From: Nitrospirota bacterium
GTDB taxonomy: Bacteria > Nitrospirota > Nitrospiria > Nitrospirales > NS-4
DNA: 64,000 bases
Direction of reading: 5' to 3'
Assembly: GCA_963788195.1 (NCBI GenBank)
Contig: CAWBGA010000014.1
Coordinates: 13,724 to 77,723 of the forward strand
Position numbers and translations under genes: made by a program. Every line of letters starts with the position of its first letter. The first letter of the stretch is position 1. This document shows, piece after piece, positions 51,314 through 61,116 of this stretch. Under the pieces are notes generated by a model. It had not been told where the DNA came from and did not search any database. It saw nothing but the letters and a program-made list of their open reading frames with translations.

Positions 51314-51703
51314 TTACATCACGTGAGAACCATGGTGATGGACCATGAGCCAGCGGCCCTCCGTTCGCTCATATAAATTGGTCGCAAGCACCTGGGTTTC
51401 TTGCGTTTCTCCGTCTTTTTGATTGTTGATGTTCTCCATACATAGCACCCATGCCACATCGCCGGCGACTTGGATCATGATATCGCTCAGGCGAAACTCC
51501 ATGGAGAAGGTGTTATTAAAAATCCTGACCCAGCTGTCCCTGACATCCGGCCACCCTGCCCGGATGTTCCAACCCGGGTGAATGCAGGTGACATATTCCT
51601 GCTGGGCCCATTTCGTATCCATCTGCCGGATATCCAGGCTTTCGAAAGCTTGATAGAACCCGGCGTTGGCCTTCGTCACCTCTTCAATCATCTCCTTCAG
51701 CAT
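51314..51703 (-). CDS. SnoaL-like / NTF2-family protein
   Basis: ANAGFYQAFE, CIHPGW, ATNLYE, WLMVHHHGS. Confidence 0.88.
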   Translation of the reverse strand: MLKEMIEEVTKANAGFYQAFESLDIRQMDTKWAQQEYVTCIHPGWNIRAGWPDVRDSWVRIFNNTFSMEFRLSDIMIQVAGDVAWVLCMENINNQKDGETQETQVLATNLYERTEGRWLMVHHHGSHVM

Positions 51704-51714
51704 AGAACGACCAG

Positions 51715-51963
51715 CTAATCACCCTCCGGCTCAGCATGGCCGTGCCGGTGTTTGACCGACTCTTCGTCAAAGAGGTCGTTCATTTCTGATGAGATGTCCT
51801 CGTCCTCTTCAGGATGAGGAACCATCTGCAACTCTTTCCTTTTGGGTTTCTCGGATTCAGGCTTCGTAGATTCGGGCTTTGCGGACTTGGGCTTCTGGGA
51901 TTTCGGATCTTTATCTTCTCCCACGGCATTCTCCAAACGAATGTGCGTCACCGGTTTTACCAA
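51715..51963 (-). CDS. Small low-complexity hypothetical protein
   Basis: KPES repeats and acidic tail; directly upstream of the SnoaL gene. Confidence 0.5.
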   Translation of the reverse strand: MVKPVTHIRLENAVGEDKDPKSQKPKSAKPESTKPESEKPKRKELQMVPHPEEDEDISSEMNDLFDEESVKHRHGHAEPEGD

Positions 51964-52025
51964 ACCAGCGGCAATCTTCTATCATCCTACCTTAAGCTCA
52001 ACAGATTGCCAAGGTCCATCCCCAA

Positions 52026-52990
52026 TCTGTCCTGCGGGACAAAAGCCTGTCTCATGGGCGAACGGCATGTCCTGGCATGCCGGAGGCCACGGGAAAAAGA
52101 CGCGTCCCGGCGCGTCGGGGGAAGGCGGGTGTAGTGGTGGGGTGCAATGCAGGCTTGGGGTGGTTGGGTGAAATACCATCCCAGGGCATGGGAGTAACGA
52201 GTTCGTCAGGGGAAAAGGAGTTTGTCCGGGGCACCCCTTGCCTTCTCGTGCAAGGGTCGAGTACTCCAGGGCGGGCGGGTGGAATGTTTGGCGGGTGAAA
52301 TAAGGTAATACAGCGACGTGCTAGCCCCGGGGCTTCGCATTCATGTTTTTATCAGAACGTTTCAGAACAGTCTTGCGCAAATGCTCGACGGAACGCCTCA
52401 GCCACCAGAACTGAAGCGAAATGCGCCATCCCTGGATCGTCTTCCGCCATTGTTCAGCCATCACATAACGCCCCTTCCACTTAACATCACATCGGAAGTC
52501 GGCAAGGCTAACTTAAGGGAAGAAGACCAGCATGCTCGTGTGGTGTAATGGTGGATACAGCATGGGGAAAAGAAGTCTGTCTTGGCAGACTTCAGGGTTG
52601 GGCGGGTGCAATGGGGAAAATAAGTCTGTCTTGGCAGACTTGATAAAGATGAAACGGGAAGTACGGGTGTAATGTGGAAAGAAGTCCGTCTTTAGCAACT
52701 TTTCAGGCCACGGGAAAGGATGCGTCCTACGGAAGAAGAGCCTGCTTCAGGCTCGGAAGTACGGAGAAAGGACGCTCCCTGGGGAACAGCGGCCGTCGGG
52801 GTGGCCGGGGGACTGGGTGAGTGAGTCAGGGGAAAAGGACGCTGTGTTGGCAGATTCCAGCGTGGGCCGGGTGTAATGGAGGAAAAAGGAGTTTGTCCGG
52901 GGCACCCCTTGCCTTTCCCGTGCAAGGGGTCGAGCCCTCCAGGGTGGGCGGTGTCATACTTGGCGGGTGAAGATTTCAGGGTGATCTTCA
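52026..52990. repeat. Array of GGGAAAA-hairpin-GGCGGGTGYARTG modules
   Basis: About ten purine-rich leaders, each followed by a palindrome; internal near-duplications 52207-52298/52880-52971 and 52561-52593/52611-52641. Confidence 0.75.
52321..52461 (-). CDS. 46-aa basic, Trp-rich small protein embedded in the repeat array
   Basis: MAEQWRKTIQGWRISLQFWWLRRSVEHLRKTVLKRSDKNMNAKPRG*; GGAAGGGG upstream. Confidence 0.45.
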   Translation of the reverse strand: MAEQWRKTIQGWRISLQFWWLRRSVEHLRKTVLKRSDKNMNAKPRG

Positions 52991-53034
52991 ATCAACCGGC
53001 CCCAAGGTTGTGATGGCCAAGAAGGATAATGCAG

Positions 53035-53448
53035 TCAGGAATTTGGCGGCGCTATAGCTTCCGAATCCGTCCGCCGGATCCAGCGAAAGATGCCGTAGGC
53101 GAAGGTTAGCCAGAAGGTCGCAAAGAATATTCCCAGGAATGCGTTGCCCGTTACAGCGATCAACTGATCCTCAGCAGGAGGCGCCTCGGCCATTTGTAAT
53201 TTCATGAATTGAAGGGCAGGCCAGCTGAGACTCTCGAGCCCGAGAAACAAACATGCCCAGGCCCAGACATGGCGAGGTGTGGTCCCGACCCAGAACAATA
53301 GTGCCGTAAAGCCCAGTCCGGCAACGACCGCCCACGAGACAGGAATTGGATTCCACACCAAGGAAAAACCAATCGTCACGAAGACAGACGCGATGAGGGC
53401 GTTCAGGATACGGCCTCGGTCCGGCCCAAGGAGACTGTTCTCGCCCAT
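53035..53448 (-). CDS. Hypothetical 4-TM membrane protein
   Basis: Four hydrophobic segments; probable ATG at 53448. Confidence 0.7.
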   Translation of the reverse strand: MGENSLLGPDRGRILNALIASVFVTIGFSLVWNPIPVSWAVVAGLGFTALLFWVGTTPRHVWAWACLFLGLESLSWPALQFMKLQMAEAPPAEDQLIAVTGNAFLGIFFATFWLTFAYGIFRWIRRTDSEAIAPPNS

Positions 53449-53453
53449 GAGCC

Positions 53454-53582
53454 TCACGGCGGTGAGATTGCACGGAATGCTTTTCTGCAAAACTCAACCG
53501 CGTGCACCGAGCTTTTGCTACCGAGGTAGGGCGTGAGCGCGTGATATCCTTCGGGAAGGCTTTTTGTTCTGTTCGTCAGCAA
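53454..53582 (-). pseudogene. Truncated PhnB-like/VOC glyoxalase N-terminus
   Basis: KSLPEGYHALTPYL...AVEFCRKAF with RBS AAGGAG, then a stop after 42 codons. Confidence 0.65.
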
Positions 53583-53763
53583 GATTGCTCCTTTTTAAGG
53601 ATACTATAACTGAATTATGCCACAGTCCCACAATCCGGTCCGGAACGCGGCGCGGGATTCTGAATCTCGACAATGTTATTGTGTGATCTGTACGGTGACA
53701 TAGCGAATTTTGGAGTGCACGGGCGAATCATTAAACTAAGGGCAGGTCTTGGGACGAAGGCCG

Positions 53764-54003
53764 CTAATATTCGCGGACGTTAAGGCTGCGTCTCACGCTC
53801 TTGGTTATGGTCGCACGCGCCTTGGGTGGGTTTGCCTTGAGCGATTTGCCCATACTTTGCTTGACGGCTCTATTTTTAAAATAGGACTCAATGGCTTTTC
53901 TCAGCGGCCCATCATAGTGCGTATTGTGACGGCTCTCCTTCTGCAAAATAGTCATGATTCGATTCAGCCTGGCCCGACCGCCCTCGCATTGTAGCGTTTT
54001 CAT
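53764..54003 (-). CDS. Small basic hypothetical protein
   Basis: 79 aa, RBS GAGG, TTGACA upstream at about 54070. Confidence 0.5.
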   Translation of the reverse strand: MKTLQCEGGRARLNRIMTILQKESRHNTHYDGPLRKAIESYFKNRAVKQSMGKSLKANPPKARATITKSVRRSLNVREY

Positions 54004-54138
54004 ATACGCCTCGTTCCTGATTTTAGTTTAGTACTTTCTAATAGTACTTTGTTCCTAGAATAAACTACTGTCAAGAACAAACTTGCCTGCACACGTCTGA
54101 CCTCAGGAACAAAGCACACAGAGCCATGCGCCTATTCC

Positions 54139-54392
54139 ATGGGAGAAGAAGTCTGTCTCAGGGGACAAAGCCTGTCTCATGGGCGAAACGGCATGTCCCG
54201 GCATGCCGGAGGCCACGGGAAAAAGACGCGTCCCGGCGCGTCGGGGGAAGGCGGGTGTAGTGGCGGGTGCAATAAAATACAAATCTATGAGAAGAGAACT
54301 ATCCCGGCGGCCTTAAACAATCATCAGGCCTTCGGGTTGAGCAAGCTATGCTTGGCGGGTGCCACGGGAAAAGGGTCGAAACCCCATTTGGG
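54139..54392. repeat. Second block of hairpin modules; 54162-54273 duplicates 52036-52148
   Basis: Near-identical ~113-bp direct repeat, plus TTGGCGGGTGCCACGGGAAAA-GGGTCGAAACCC at about 54352-54385. Confidence 0.85.
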
Positions 54393-54456
54393 TTACTGCG
54401 CAGCGAGGACTGGGATGCTGAGCGGGCGAGGGGCCGACGTTTCGTAGGAGGAGGCA

Positions 54457-54540
54457 TGGTGCCGAAGGCGGGATTTGAACCCGCACGGGTTTCCCCACAC
54501 GCCCCTCAAACGTGCGTGTCTGCCATTCCACCACTTCGGC
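54457..54540 (-). tRNA. tRNA-Leu(GAG)
   Basis: GCCGAAG...CTTCGGC-ACCA acceptor stem, anticodon loop TTGAGGG, long variable arm, GGTTCAAATCC T-loop. Confidence 0.97.
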
Positions 54541-54554
54541 GCCCTGAAGTGCGG

Positions 54555-54584
54555 ATTATAGTTTTGCGTGTGTGACGGTGTCAA
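54555..54584 (-). promoter_or_regulatory. sigma70 promoter of tRNA-Leu
   Basis: TTGACA-18 nt-TATAAT. Confidence 0.85.
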
Positions 54585-54626
54585 TTCGATGCTCTCGAAA
54601 TTGGGCTGATTTCAGAATTGTACAGG

Positions 54627-54655
54627 TTGACACTGCTCGAACCGCTCAGTAGAAT
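54627..54655 (+). promoter_or_regulatory. sigma70 promoter of the HAD-queE-pepA-nagZ operon
   Basis: TTGACA-17 nt-TAGAAT, 12 nt before the ATG. Confidence 0.7.
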
Positions 54656-54667
54656 CCGTCCAACATC

Positions 54668-55321
54668 ATGTCACCTCGAATTGCCGCGTTTTTTGACCTC
54701 GACAACACCATCATTCCCGGCCCAGCAATCGAGCGAGATTACTTTCTTGTCCTCTGGAGACACGGGGTGGTAGGGGCCCGCGATCTTGCTAAAAGCGCGC
54801 TCTGGCTGCTCAGAAAAATTCCGCCCTTTTCCTTGGACCCACTGCGGCGACATAAGCCTTATCTCACCGGGAAGTCAGTGGTCTCCGTCGAATCCCGGGC
54901 CCAGGCATTTTTTTGGAAGAGCGTGTGCCCCCGTATTTCGCAGCATGCGCGCAGGGCGATCGAAGAACATCAGTCGCAGAACCATTTGGTTGTCCTTCTG
55001 ACCGGGTCTCCCGAGTTCCTGGTGAATCCCCTGGCGACCTTCCTCAAGATCGAGCAGGTCGCCGCCGGCAGGCTCGACCGGAATGGACTGCTGTATACCG
55101 GCGGCATGATCGACCCCTACCCCTATCGCCATGGCAAGCGCATAGTGGCCGAGCAGCTCGCCACGGAACAAGGCTTTAACTTGAGTGACTGCTATATGTA
55201 TGGCGACAGTCCTGGGGACCTTCCGGTCCTAGAGGCCGTAGGGCATCCCCGTGTCGTAAACCCGATTCGCGGGATGGCTCGTGTGGCCCGTCGACGGGGC
55301 TGGCCAGTTCTCCACTGGTGA
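54668..55321 (+). CDS. HAD-IB family hydrolase
   Basis: AFFDLDNT, LTGS, YGDSPGDLPVLEAVGHPRVVNP. Confidence 0.9.
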   Translation: MSPRIAAFFDLDNTIIPGPAIERDYFLVLWRHGVVGARDLAKSALWLLRKIPPFSLDPLRRHKPYLTGKSVVSVESRAQAFFWKSVCPRISQHARRAIEEHQSQNHLVVLLTGSPEFLVNPLATFLKIEQVAAGRLDRNGLLYTGGMIDPYPYRHGKRIVAEQLATEQGFNLSDCYMYGDSPGDLPVLEAVGHPRVVNPIRGMARVARRRGWPVLHW

Positions 55322-55340
55322 CAGCCGGTTGGCTCTCACC

Positions 55341-55976
55341 ATGCGCGTCACTGAAATCTTTCTCAGTATACAAGGCGAATCAAGTTACGCAGGCCTCCCC
55401 TGCGGATTCGTGCGTCTCACCGGATGCCCGCTTCGATGCGGCTGGTGCGACACCCCCTACGCCTTCTACGAGGGAGCAGAACGGACCATTGAAAGCATCC
55501 TGAGCGAGGTGGCCGGGTACGATTGCCGGCTGGTCGAGATCACCGGCGGAGAACCGCTGGCCCAGGCCGAAGTTCATGGACTGATCTCCGCCTTTGCGGA
55601 TCGAGGCTATACAGTCTTGATTGAAACCAGCGGCGCCATGGACATTGCACCCGTGGATCGCCGCGCAATCCTTATCATGGACCTGAAATGCCCGGGCAGC
55701 GGCATGGTGGACCGAAACCGCTGGAGCAACATTTCCTTACTGAAAGCCAACGATGAAGTGAAGTTCGTCATTCGAGACCGTGTCGATTATGACTGGGCTG
55801 TGGCGGCTATCCGGTCTTATGCCCTTAGTGACCGCCACAGGGTTCTGCTGAGCCCCGTGTTCGGTGAACTTGAGCCGCAGGTTCTCGCAGAGTGGATATT
55901 GGCGGACCGCCTGCCGGTGAGATTTCAGCTACAGTTGCACAAGCTCATTTGGGATCCCGCGACGCGCGGCGTATAG
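55341..55976 (+). CDS. queE: 7-carboxy-7-deazaguanine synthase (radical SAM)
   Basis: EIFLSIQGE, GCPLRCGWCDT, TGGEPL, QLQLHKLIW. Confidence 0.93.
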   Translation: MRVTEIFLSIQGESSYAGLPCGFVRLTGCPLRCGWCDTPYAFYEGAERTIESILSEVAGYDCRLVEITGGEPLAQAEVHGLISAFADRGYTVLIETSGAMDIAPVDRRAILIMDLKCPGSGMVDRNRWSNISLLKANDEVKFVIRDRVDYDWAVAAIRSYALSDRHRVLLSPVFGELEPQVLAEWILADRLPVRFQLQLHKLIWDPATRGV

Positions 55977-55996
55977 CGGAGGGCCTAGAGACGACG

Positions 55997-57604
55997 ATGA
56001 AGGTCAGCGTAAAGACAGGCCGGCTCCAAGACGAGGCTACTGATGCGCTGTTGCTGTGCCATTGGGAAGGCGAACGATTGTCCCGGGAAGCGCGCGCTGT
56101 GGATGCAGTCGTCAACGGACGTCTGGGCGCCTTGCTCAAAAGCGGCGAATTCGCCGGGCGGCTGGGTCAAGTCTCGATTCTCCACGGAGTGCCTGCCGAG
56201 CGTGTGCGCGCAAAGCGTGTCGTCCTCGTCGGCCTCGGCAAGCGCGCCGATGGGTCGCTGGAGAAGCTGCGTCGGGCCTTGGGGACTGCCGCGAAGGCAG
56301 TACGCGAAGTCGGCGCAAAGTCGTTTTCAACTGCGGTGGTCGAGGCCATCCCTCCCCGCGCCGGCGTCGAGGGCAACGGCGCACGCTCGTCACACGCGGG
56401 TGAGCCGGAGCAAGAAGCCCAGGCGATGGTTGAAGGCGCCCTCCTCGGTCTCTATCAATTCAACGTCTATCGCACAGAGGGAAACGCCGACAAGAAGCTC
56501 ACGTCCATCACATTCGTTGTAGACGGCCAAGCCAGAAAGCGCCGCGTCGAGCATGCCGCCCGTTGGGGGCAAACCATTGCCGAAGCCACAATGTTCGTCC
56601 GGGATCTCTGCAATCATCCAGCGAATGTCGTGACGCCGACCTACATCGCCAAAGAGGCGACGAAGATCGCTCGAGCATCGCAGGTCCGATGTACGGTATT
56701 CGACAGAGGACAAATCCAGCGGATAGGCATGGGCGCGTTACTGGGCGTGGCGCGCGGGAGCCATGAACCCCCCAAGTTCATCATTTTGGAATACCGCGGG
56801 GGGCCGAAGAATCAAAGGCCCATAGCGTTGGTCGGCAAGACCGTCACTTTTGACTCGGGCGGGATATCAATCAAGCCGGCCGACAACATGGATCACATGA
56901 AAGCCGATATGACGGGCGGCGCGGTTGTGCTGGCGGCATTGCGCACGGCGGCCCAAAAGCGTCTGCCCCTGAATATTATCGGGATCATCCCGGCAACTGA
57001 GAACATGCCCGGCGGCAGTGCCACGAAGCCGGGCGATATATTGACGAGCCTTTCCGGGAAGACGATCGAAGTCATCAATACAGACGCGGAAGGCCGCTTG
57101 ATTTTAGCGGACGGGCTGACGTATGCGACCCGCTACAATCCCTCGGTCCTCGTGGATATCGCCACGCTCACCGGCGCCTGCGTCGTGGCCCTTGGCAACG
57201 TTGCGATCGGCGTCCTCGGTAACAATGAAGCGCTTATCCAGGAACTGAAGGATGCGGGCGAGGAGTCGGGGGAGCGGGCTTGGCAGCTCCCCCTCTGGGA
57301 GGACTATTACGATTCAATTAAGAGCGATGTCGCAGACGTTAAAAATACCGGAGGGCGCCCGGGCGGCACTATTACGGCGGCGGCCTTCCTTAGCAAGTTT
57401 ATCGGCAAGTCTGTCTGGGCGCATCTGGACATTGCGAGCACCGACTGGAGCGACAGCGAAAAGGCCTATATCTCGAAAGGGGCCACCGGTATCGGGGTCC
57501 GGTTGCTGATTCAGTTCCTTCGCAACCGGGCGCTCACTCGCGGAAACCACTCGGCTACCAGTGGAAAGCGCAATCGCCCAAGGGTCAAAGGACGAGTTTC
57601 ATGA
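55997..57604 (+). CDS. pepA: Leucyl aminopeptidase (M17)
   Basis: GKTVTFDSGG, MKADMTGG, NTDAEGRL, ATLTGA, AHLDIA. Confidence 0.95.
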   Translation: MKVSVKTGRLQDEATDALLLCHWEGERLSREARAVDAVVNGRLGALLKSGEFAGRLGQVSILHGVPAERVRAKRVVLVGLGKRADGSLEKLRRALGTAAKAVREVGAKSFSTAVVEAIPPRAGVEGNGARSSHAGEPEQEAQAMVEGALLGLYQFNVYRTEGNADKKLTSITFVVDGQARKRRVEHAARWGQTIAEATMFVRDLCNHPANVVTPTYIAKEATKIARASQVRCTVFDRGQIQRIGMGALLGVARGSHEPPKFIILEYRGGPKNQRPIALVGKTVTFDSGGISIKPADNMDHMKADMTGGAVVLAALRTAAQKRLPLNIIGIIPATENMPGGSATKPGDILTSLSGKTIEVINTDAEGRLILADGLTYATRYNPSVLVDIATLTGACVVALGNVAIGVLGNNEALIQELKDAGEESGERAWQLPLWEDYYDSIKSDVADVKNTGGRPGGTITAAAFLSKFIGKSVWAHLDIASTDWSDSEKAYISKGATGIGVRLLIQFLRNRALTRGNHSATSGKRNRPRVKGRVS

Positions 57605-58692
57605 ATCTCAAAGAGAAAGTCGGCCAGGTGTTCATGATCGGCGTTCATGGCACGGAGGTCTCGAAGGATCTTCGAACCTTTTTTGAGCACTATCATCCGG
57701 GCGGTGTGATCTTGTTCAGTCGAAATCTTCAAGACCCGGCCCAGGCTGCGCATTTCACGAATGCCCTTCAAAAACTCGCGCCAGGGATGCCGCTCTTCAT
57801 GGCCATCGATCAAGAAGGGGGTCGCGTGGCACGGCTTCCGAAGGGGTTTACGGTATTTCCGGGGCAGGGCGCGCTCGGCCGCGCAGGGAGTGTGGCATTG
57901 GCCTACTCGTTCGCGGAAGTCACCGCCCAGGAACTTCGAGCGATCGGAGTGAATATGAACATGACGCCGGTGCTCGACGTCAACAGCAATCCTCAGAACC
58001 CCATTATTGGAGACCGGTCCTTTGGCAATGATCCGCTCCAGGTCGAAACACTCGGCCTGGCCGTCATTGCCGGCCTCCAGGACAACGGCCTTTTGGCCTG
58101 CGGAAAACACTTCCCCGGCCACGGAGATACTCAGGTCGATTCCCATAAGGAATTGCCGGTCGTGGACCATGGCCTCGAGCGTCTGCGAAGCATTGAACTG
58201 CGGCCCTTCGTCCACTGCTTTCAAAATGGGTTGGCCGCGGTTATGTCTGCGCACATCAAGTACCCCGCACTCGATCCGGAGTATCCGGCCACACTGTCTT
58301 CCGCGATCATGACCGATCTCCTTCGTTTACAGTTGCACTTTAAAGGGTTGGCGCTGACCGATGATCTCGAGATGGATGCCATTCTGGCCAATTATAGTAT
58401 TGAAGAGGCCGCAATCCGCTCGCTTCAGGCAGGCGCCGACATTCTGCTGATCTGTAAAAACGAGGAACAGCAGGTGCTCGCAATGGACGCCGTCTACCAC
58501 GCCGTGAAGAAAGGTGAAGTCTCGGAGCTGCAGCTCCAACACGCGGTCTTGCGGATTCTCGAGGCCAAGGAGCGGTATCTAATCCCCTGCAAACTGGCCG
58601 ACCCCAAAAGCGTTGCAAACCGCGTGGGCACTGCACGCCATCGTGAAGTCGCGCAGGCCATTCGCGAGGCCGCCGCCCAGCCTATTGTCTAG
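57601..58692 (+). CDS. nagZ: Beta-N-acetylhexosaminidase (GH3)
   Basis: IDQEGGRV, KHFPGHGDTQVDSH, TDDLEM. Confidence 0.93.
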   Translation: MNLKEKVGQVFMIGVHGTEVSKDLRTFFEHYHPGGVILFSRNLQDPAQAAHFTNALQKLAPGMPLFMAIDQEGGRVARLPKGFTVFPGQGALGRAGSVALAYSFAEVTAQELRAIGVNMNMTPVLDVNSNPQNPIIGDRSFGNDPLQVETLGLAVIAGLQDNGLLACGKHFPGHGDTQVDSHKELPVVDHGLERLRSIELRPFVHCFQNGLAAVMSAHIKYPALDPEYPATLSSAIMTDLLRLQLHFKGLALTDDLEMDAILANYSIEEAAIRSLQAGADILLICKNEEQQVLAMDAVYHAVKKGEVSELQLQHAVLRILEAKERYLIPCKLADPKSVANRVGTARHREVAQAIREAAAQPIV

Positions 58693-58701
58693 CTCCGTTT
58701 C

Positions 58702-60034
58702 ATGCCTGTTTCGGCCCGGGAGCGCCTGGCCTGGTGCCTGTTCGATTTTGCCAACTCCTCGTTTACAACCGTCATTACCACCGTCGCCTATAGCGTGTAC
58801 TTCACTCAGGTCGTGGCCCCCGCGAACACCCGGTACGGCGCCGGGGAGGCTCTATGGGGAGGCGCCTACGGCCTCTCCATGATCGTGACCGCGCTGTTGT
58901 CCCCGGTTCTCGGCGCGATGGCGGATCAGCAAGCTGCCAAGAAACAGTACCTTGCCGTCGTGACCGGCATCTGCATCGTGTGTACCGCCGGGCTCTATTT
59001 CGTGAAGCCGGGCGACGTAGTCTTGGGACTTGTCCTGTTCGCAGTGGCGAACCTCGGGTTTGAGCTCGGGTACACTTTTTACAGCGCGTTCCTTGTTGAA
59101 CTGGTAGACCGAGAGGACATGGGGCGGCTGTCAGGCGCCGGGTGGGCGGTCGGCTATGTCGGGAGTTTGTGCTCTCTTGCGCTGGCGTATCCTTTTGTAA
59201 AAGGAGGGTTTGCACCCGAGAACCTGGAGTCGTACCGGCAGAGTTTTCTCGCGACCGCGGTGTTCTTTTTGATCGCCTGCATTCCTACTTTTCTGTATTC
59301 TGAAAGAACGGGCCCGCCCTGCACCTCGCCCGATGAATGTTTCGGTGTGGAGAATCGGATTTTCCCGGGTGCGCCACACTTTTCAAGAGATCCGGCGTTA
59401 CCGTGAATTGGTCATCTTTCTAGTGGCCTACTTGATCTATACCGACGGCATCAACACTGTCGTGGTGTTCAGTGGAATATTTGCTGTGCAGGTGCTCGGC
59501 TTCTCGCCGAAGGATCTCATTATTTTTTTCCTGATTATTCAGTTGTCTGCGGGAGCCGGATCCTACGCCTTCGGCATTTTGACGGACCGGATCGGCGCCA
59601 AGCGCGTTATCGCGATCACGCTATGGATATGGATCGGCATTGCCATATGGGCCTTTGGGGTTCGCAGCGTCACTGAGTTCTACATGATCGGGCTGGCCGC
59701 CGGAGCGGCCCTCGGAGCCAACCAAGCCGCCAGCAGGACCTTACTGGCGCTTTTCACACCGGTGGGCCGACAGGCGGAGTTCTTTGGTTTCTTTTCATTG
59801 AGTGGAAAGTTCGCGGCGACAATCGGGCCTATTCTGTACGGACAAGTTGTCCTATGGAGCGGAAGCCAGCGTTGGGCAGTTCTGTCCTTGGCGCCCTTCT
59901 TCTTCGGCGGCTGGATCGTCCTTCGGTTCGTGAACGAGAAGGCCGGTCAGAACGCGGCGCTGGCTGAGATAGTTGCAGAGGACCCCAACGTGAGAGGGGT
60001 TGGTAGTGCGGGGCGTAACGGGATATTAGTCTGA
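58702..60034 (+). CDS. MFS transporter (UMF1/Atg22-like); frameshifted near 59299
   Basis: AWCLFDFANSSF in the first ORF; YTDGINT, GANQAASR, AEFFGFF in the second; removing one base joins them. Confidence 0.88.
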
Positions 60035-60060
60035 AATGTTCAACAACCCACGCCAGCGAC

Positions 60061-60923
60061 ATGGCAGACAAGTAAACGCCAGCGTCCCCCGCAGCATCAG
60101 AATCAACAACCCGGCCTCGAGTCCGAAATGACGCCGAAACCCAAATCGGAGGACCGGCTCTCCGGGGAGCGGCAAGTTACAGGATAAAGTCGCGTTGATT
60201 ACAGGTGGTGATAGCGGGATTGGGCGGGCCACGGCTATTGCATTTGCCAAAGAGGGGGCCAAGGTTGCAATCCTGTATCTCAACGAGCATGAGGACGCCG
60301 CTGAAACTAAACGACTTGTAGAGAAAGAAGGCCGCGAATGCCGGGCCATTGCCGGTGATGTGGGCGATGAGGCTTTCTGCCGGCAGGCCGTTCAAGACAC
60401 GATCCAGGAATTCGGTCGCCTGGACATCCTCGTCAATAATGCCGCGGAACAGCATCCTCAGGACAGCATTGAGAACATCAGCGAAGCACAACTGGAACGG
60501 ACTTTTCGCACGAATATTTTCTCCTACTTTTTCATGACAAAGGCCGCCTTGAAGCACCTGCCCGAGGGGCAGGGAGTGATCATCAACACGACGTCCGTGG
60601 TGGCATATCGCGGGAGTCCGCAATTACTTGATTACTCGGCGACCAAGGGCGCCATCGTTGCATTCACACGATCCCTGTCGAAAGCGCTGGCCGACAAGGG
60701 CATACGCGTCAACGGCGTCGCCCCCGGTCCGATCTGGACCCCGTTGATCCCTTCGACATTCCCCCCTGAAAAAGTCGCGACCTTTGGATCAGACGTGCCG
60801 TTGAAACGCGCAGGCCAACCCGAAGAAGTCGCTCCCTGCTATGTCTTCCTGTCATCCGATGATAGTTCCTACATGACCGGGCAGGTTCTGCATCCCAATG
60901 GAGGCGAGGTGATCAATGGATAG
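60061..60923 (+). CDS. SDR oxidoreductase (YhdF/general stress protein 39-like); 5' end frameshifted
   Basis: PPQHQNQQPGLESEMTPKP upstream in another frame; GSGKLQDKVALITGGDSGIG, NNAAEQ, YSATK. Confidence 0.88.
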
Positions 60924-60948
60924 TCATCAACAAATCGGGAGGTAACCT

Positions 60949-61116
60949 ATGGCTGCAAAGAGAAAAAAGACCACGACAAAGAAGAAGTCCGCGAAGAAGC
61001 CCGCAGCCCGAAGCCGTAGTAAGGCCACGAAAACGAAAGCGAAATCCAAAACCTCCCGAACCGCACGCAGGAGCAAAAGCAGCAGCGTGAAGAAGAAGGC
61101 GGCTTCGAGGCTCTAG
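60949..61116 (+). CDS. Lys/Arg-rich histone-H1-like small protein (frame stays open to 61275 past a TAG)
   Basis: Not in the ORF track; RBS GGAGG; MAAKRKKTTTKKKSAKKPAARSRSK... Confidence 0.65.
   Translation: MAAKRKKTTTKKKSAKKPAARSRSKATKTKAKSKTSRTARRSKSSSVKKKAASRL

Noticed and set aside
51982..52991. ORFs predicted across the G-rich repeat array
   Set aside because: Pro/Gly-rich translations of repeats in several frames, with no RBS or motifs.
52026..54392. CRISPR array, or a prophage/ICE at tRNA-Leu
   Set aside because: No constant repeat with regular unique spacers, no cas genes, no integrase and no duplicated tRNA 3' end.
54346..54584. Short ORFs overlapping 54457-54540
   Set aside because: They overlap the tRNA-Leu gene.
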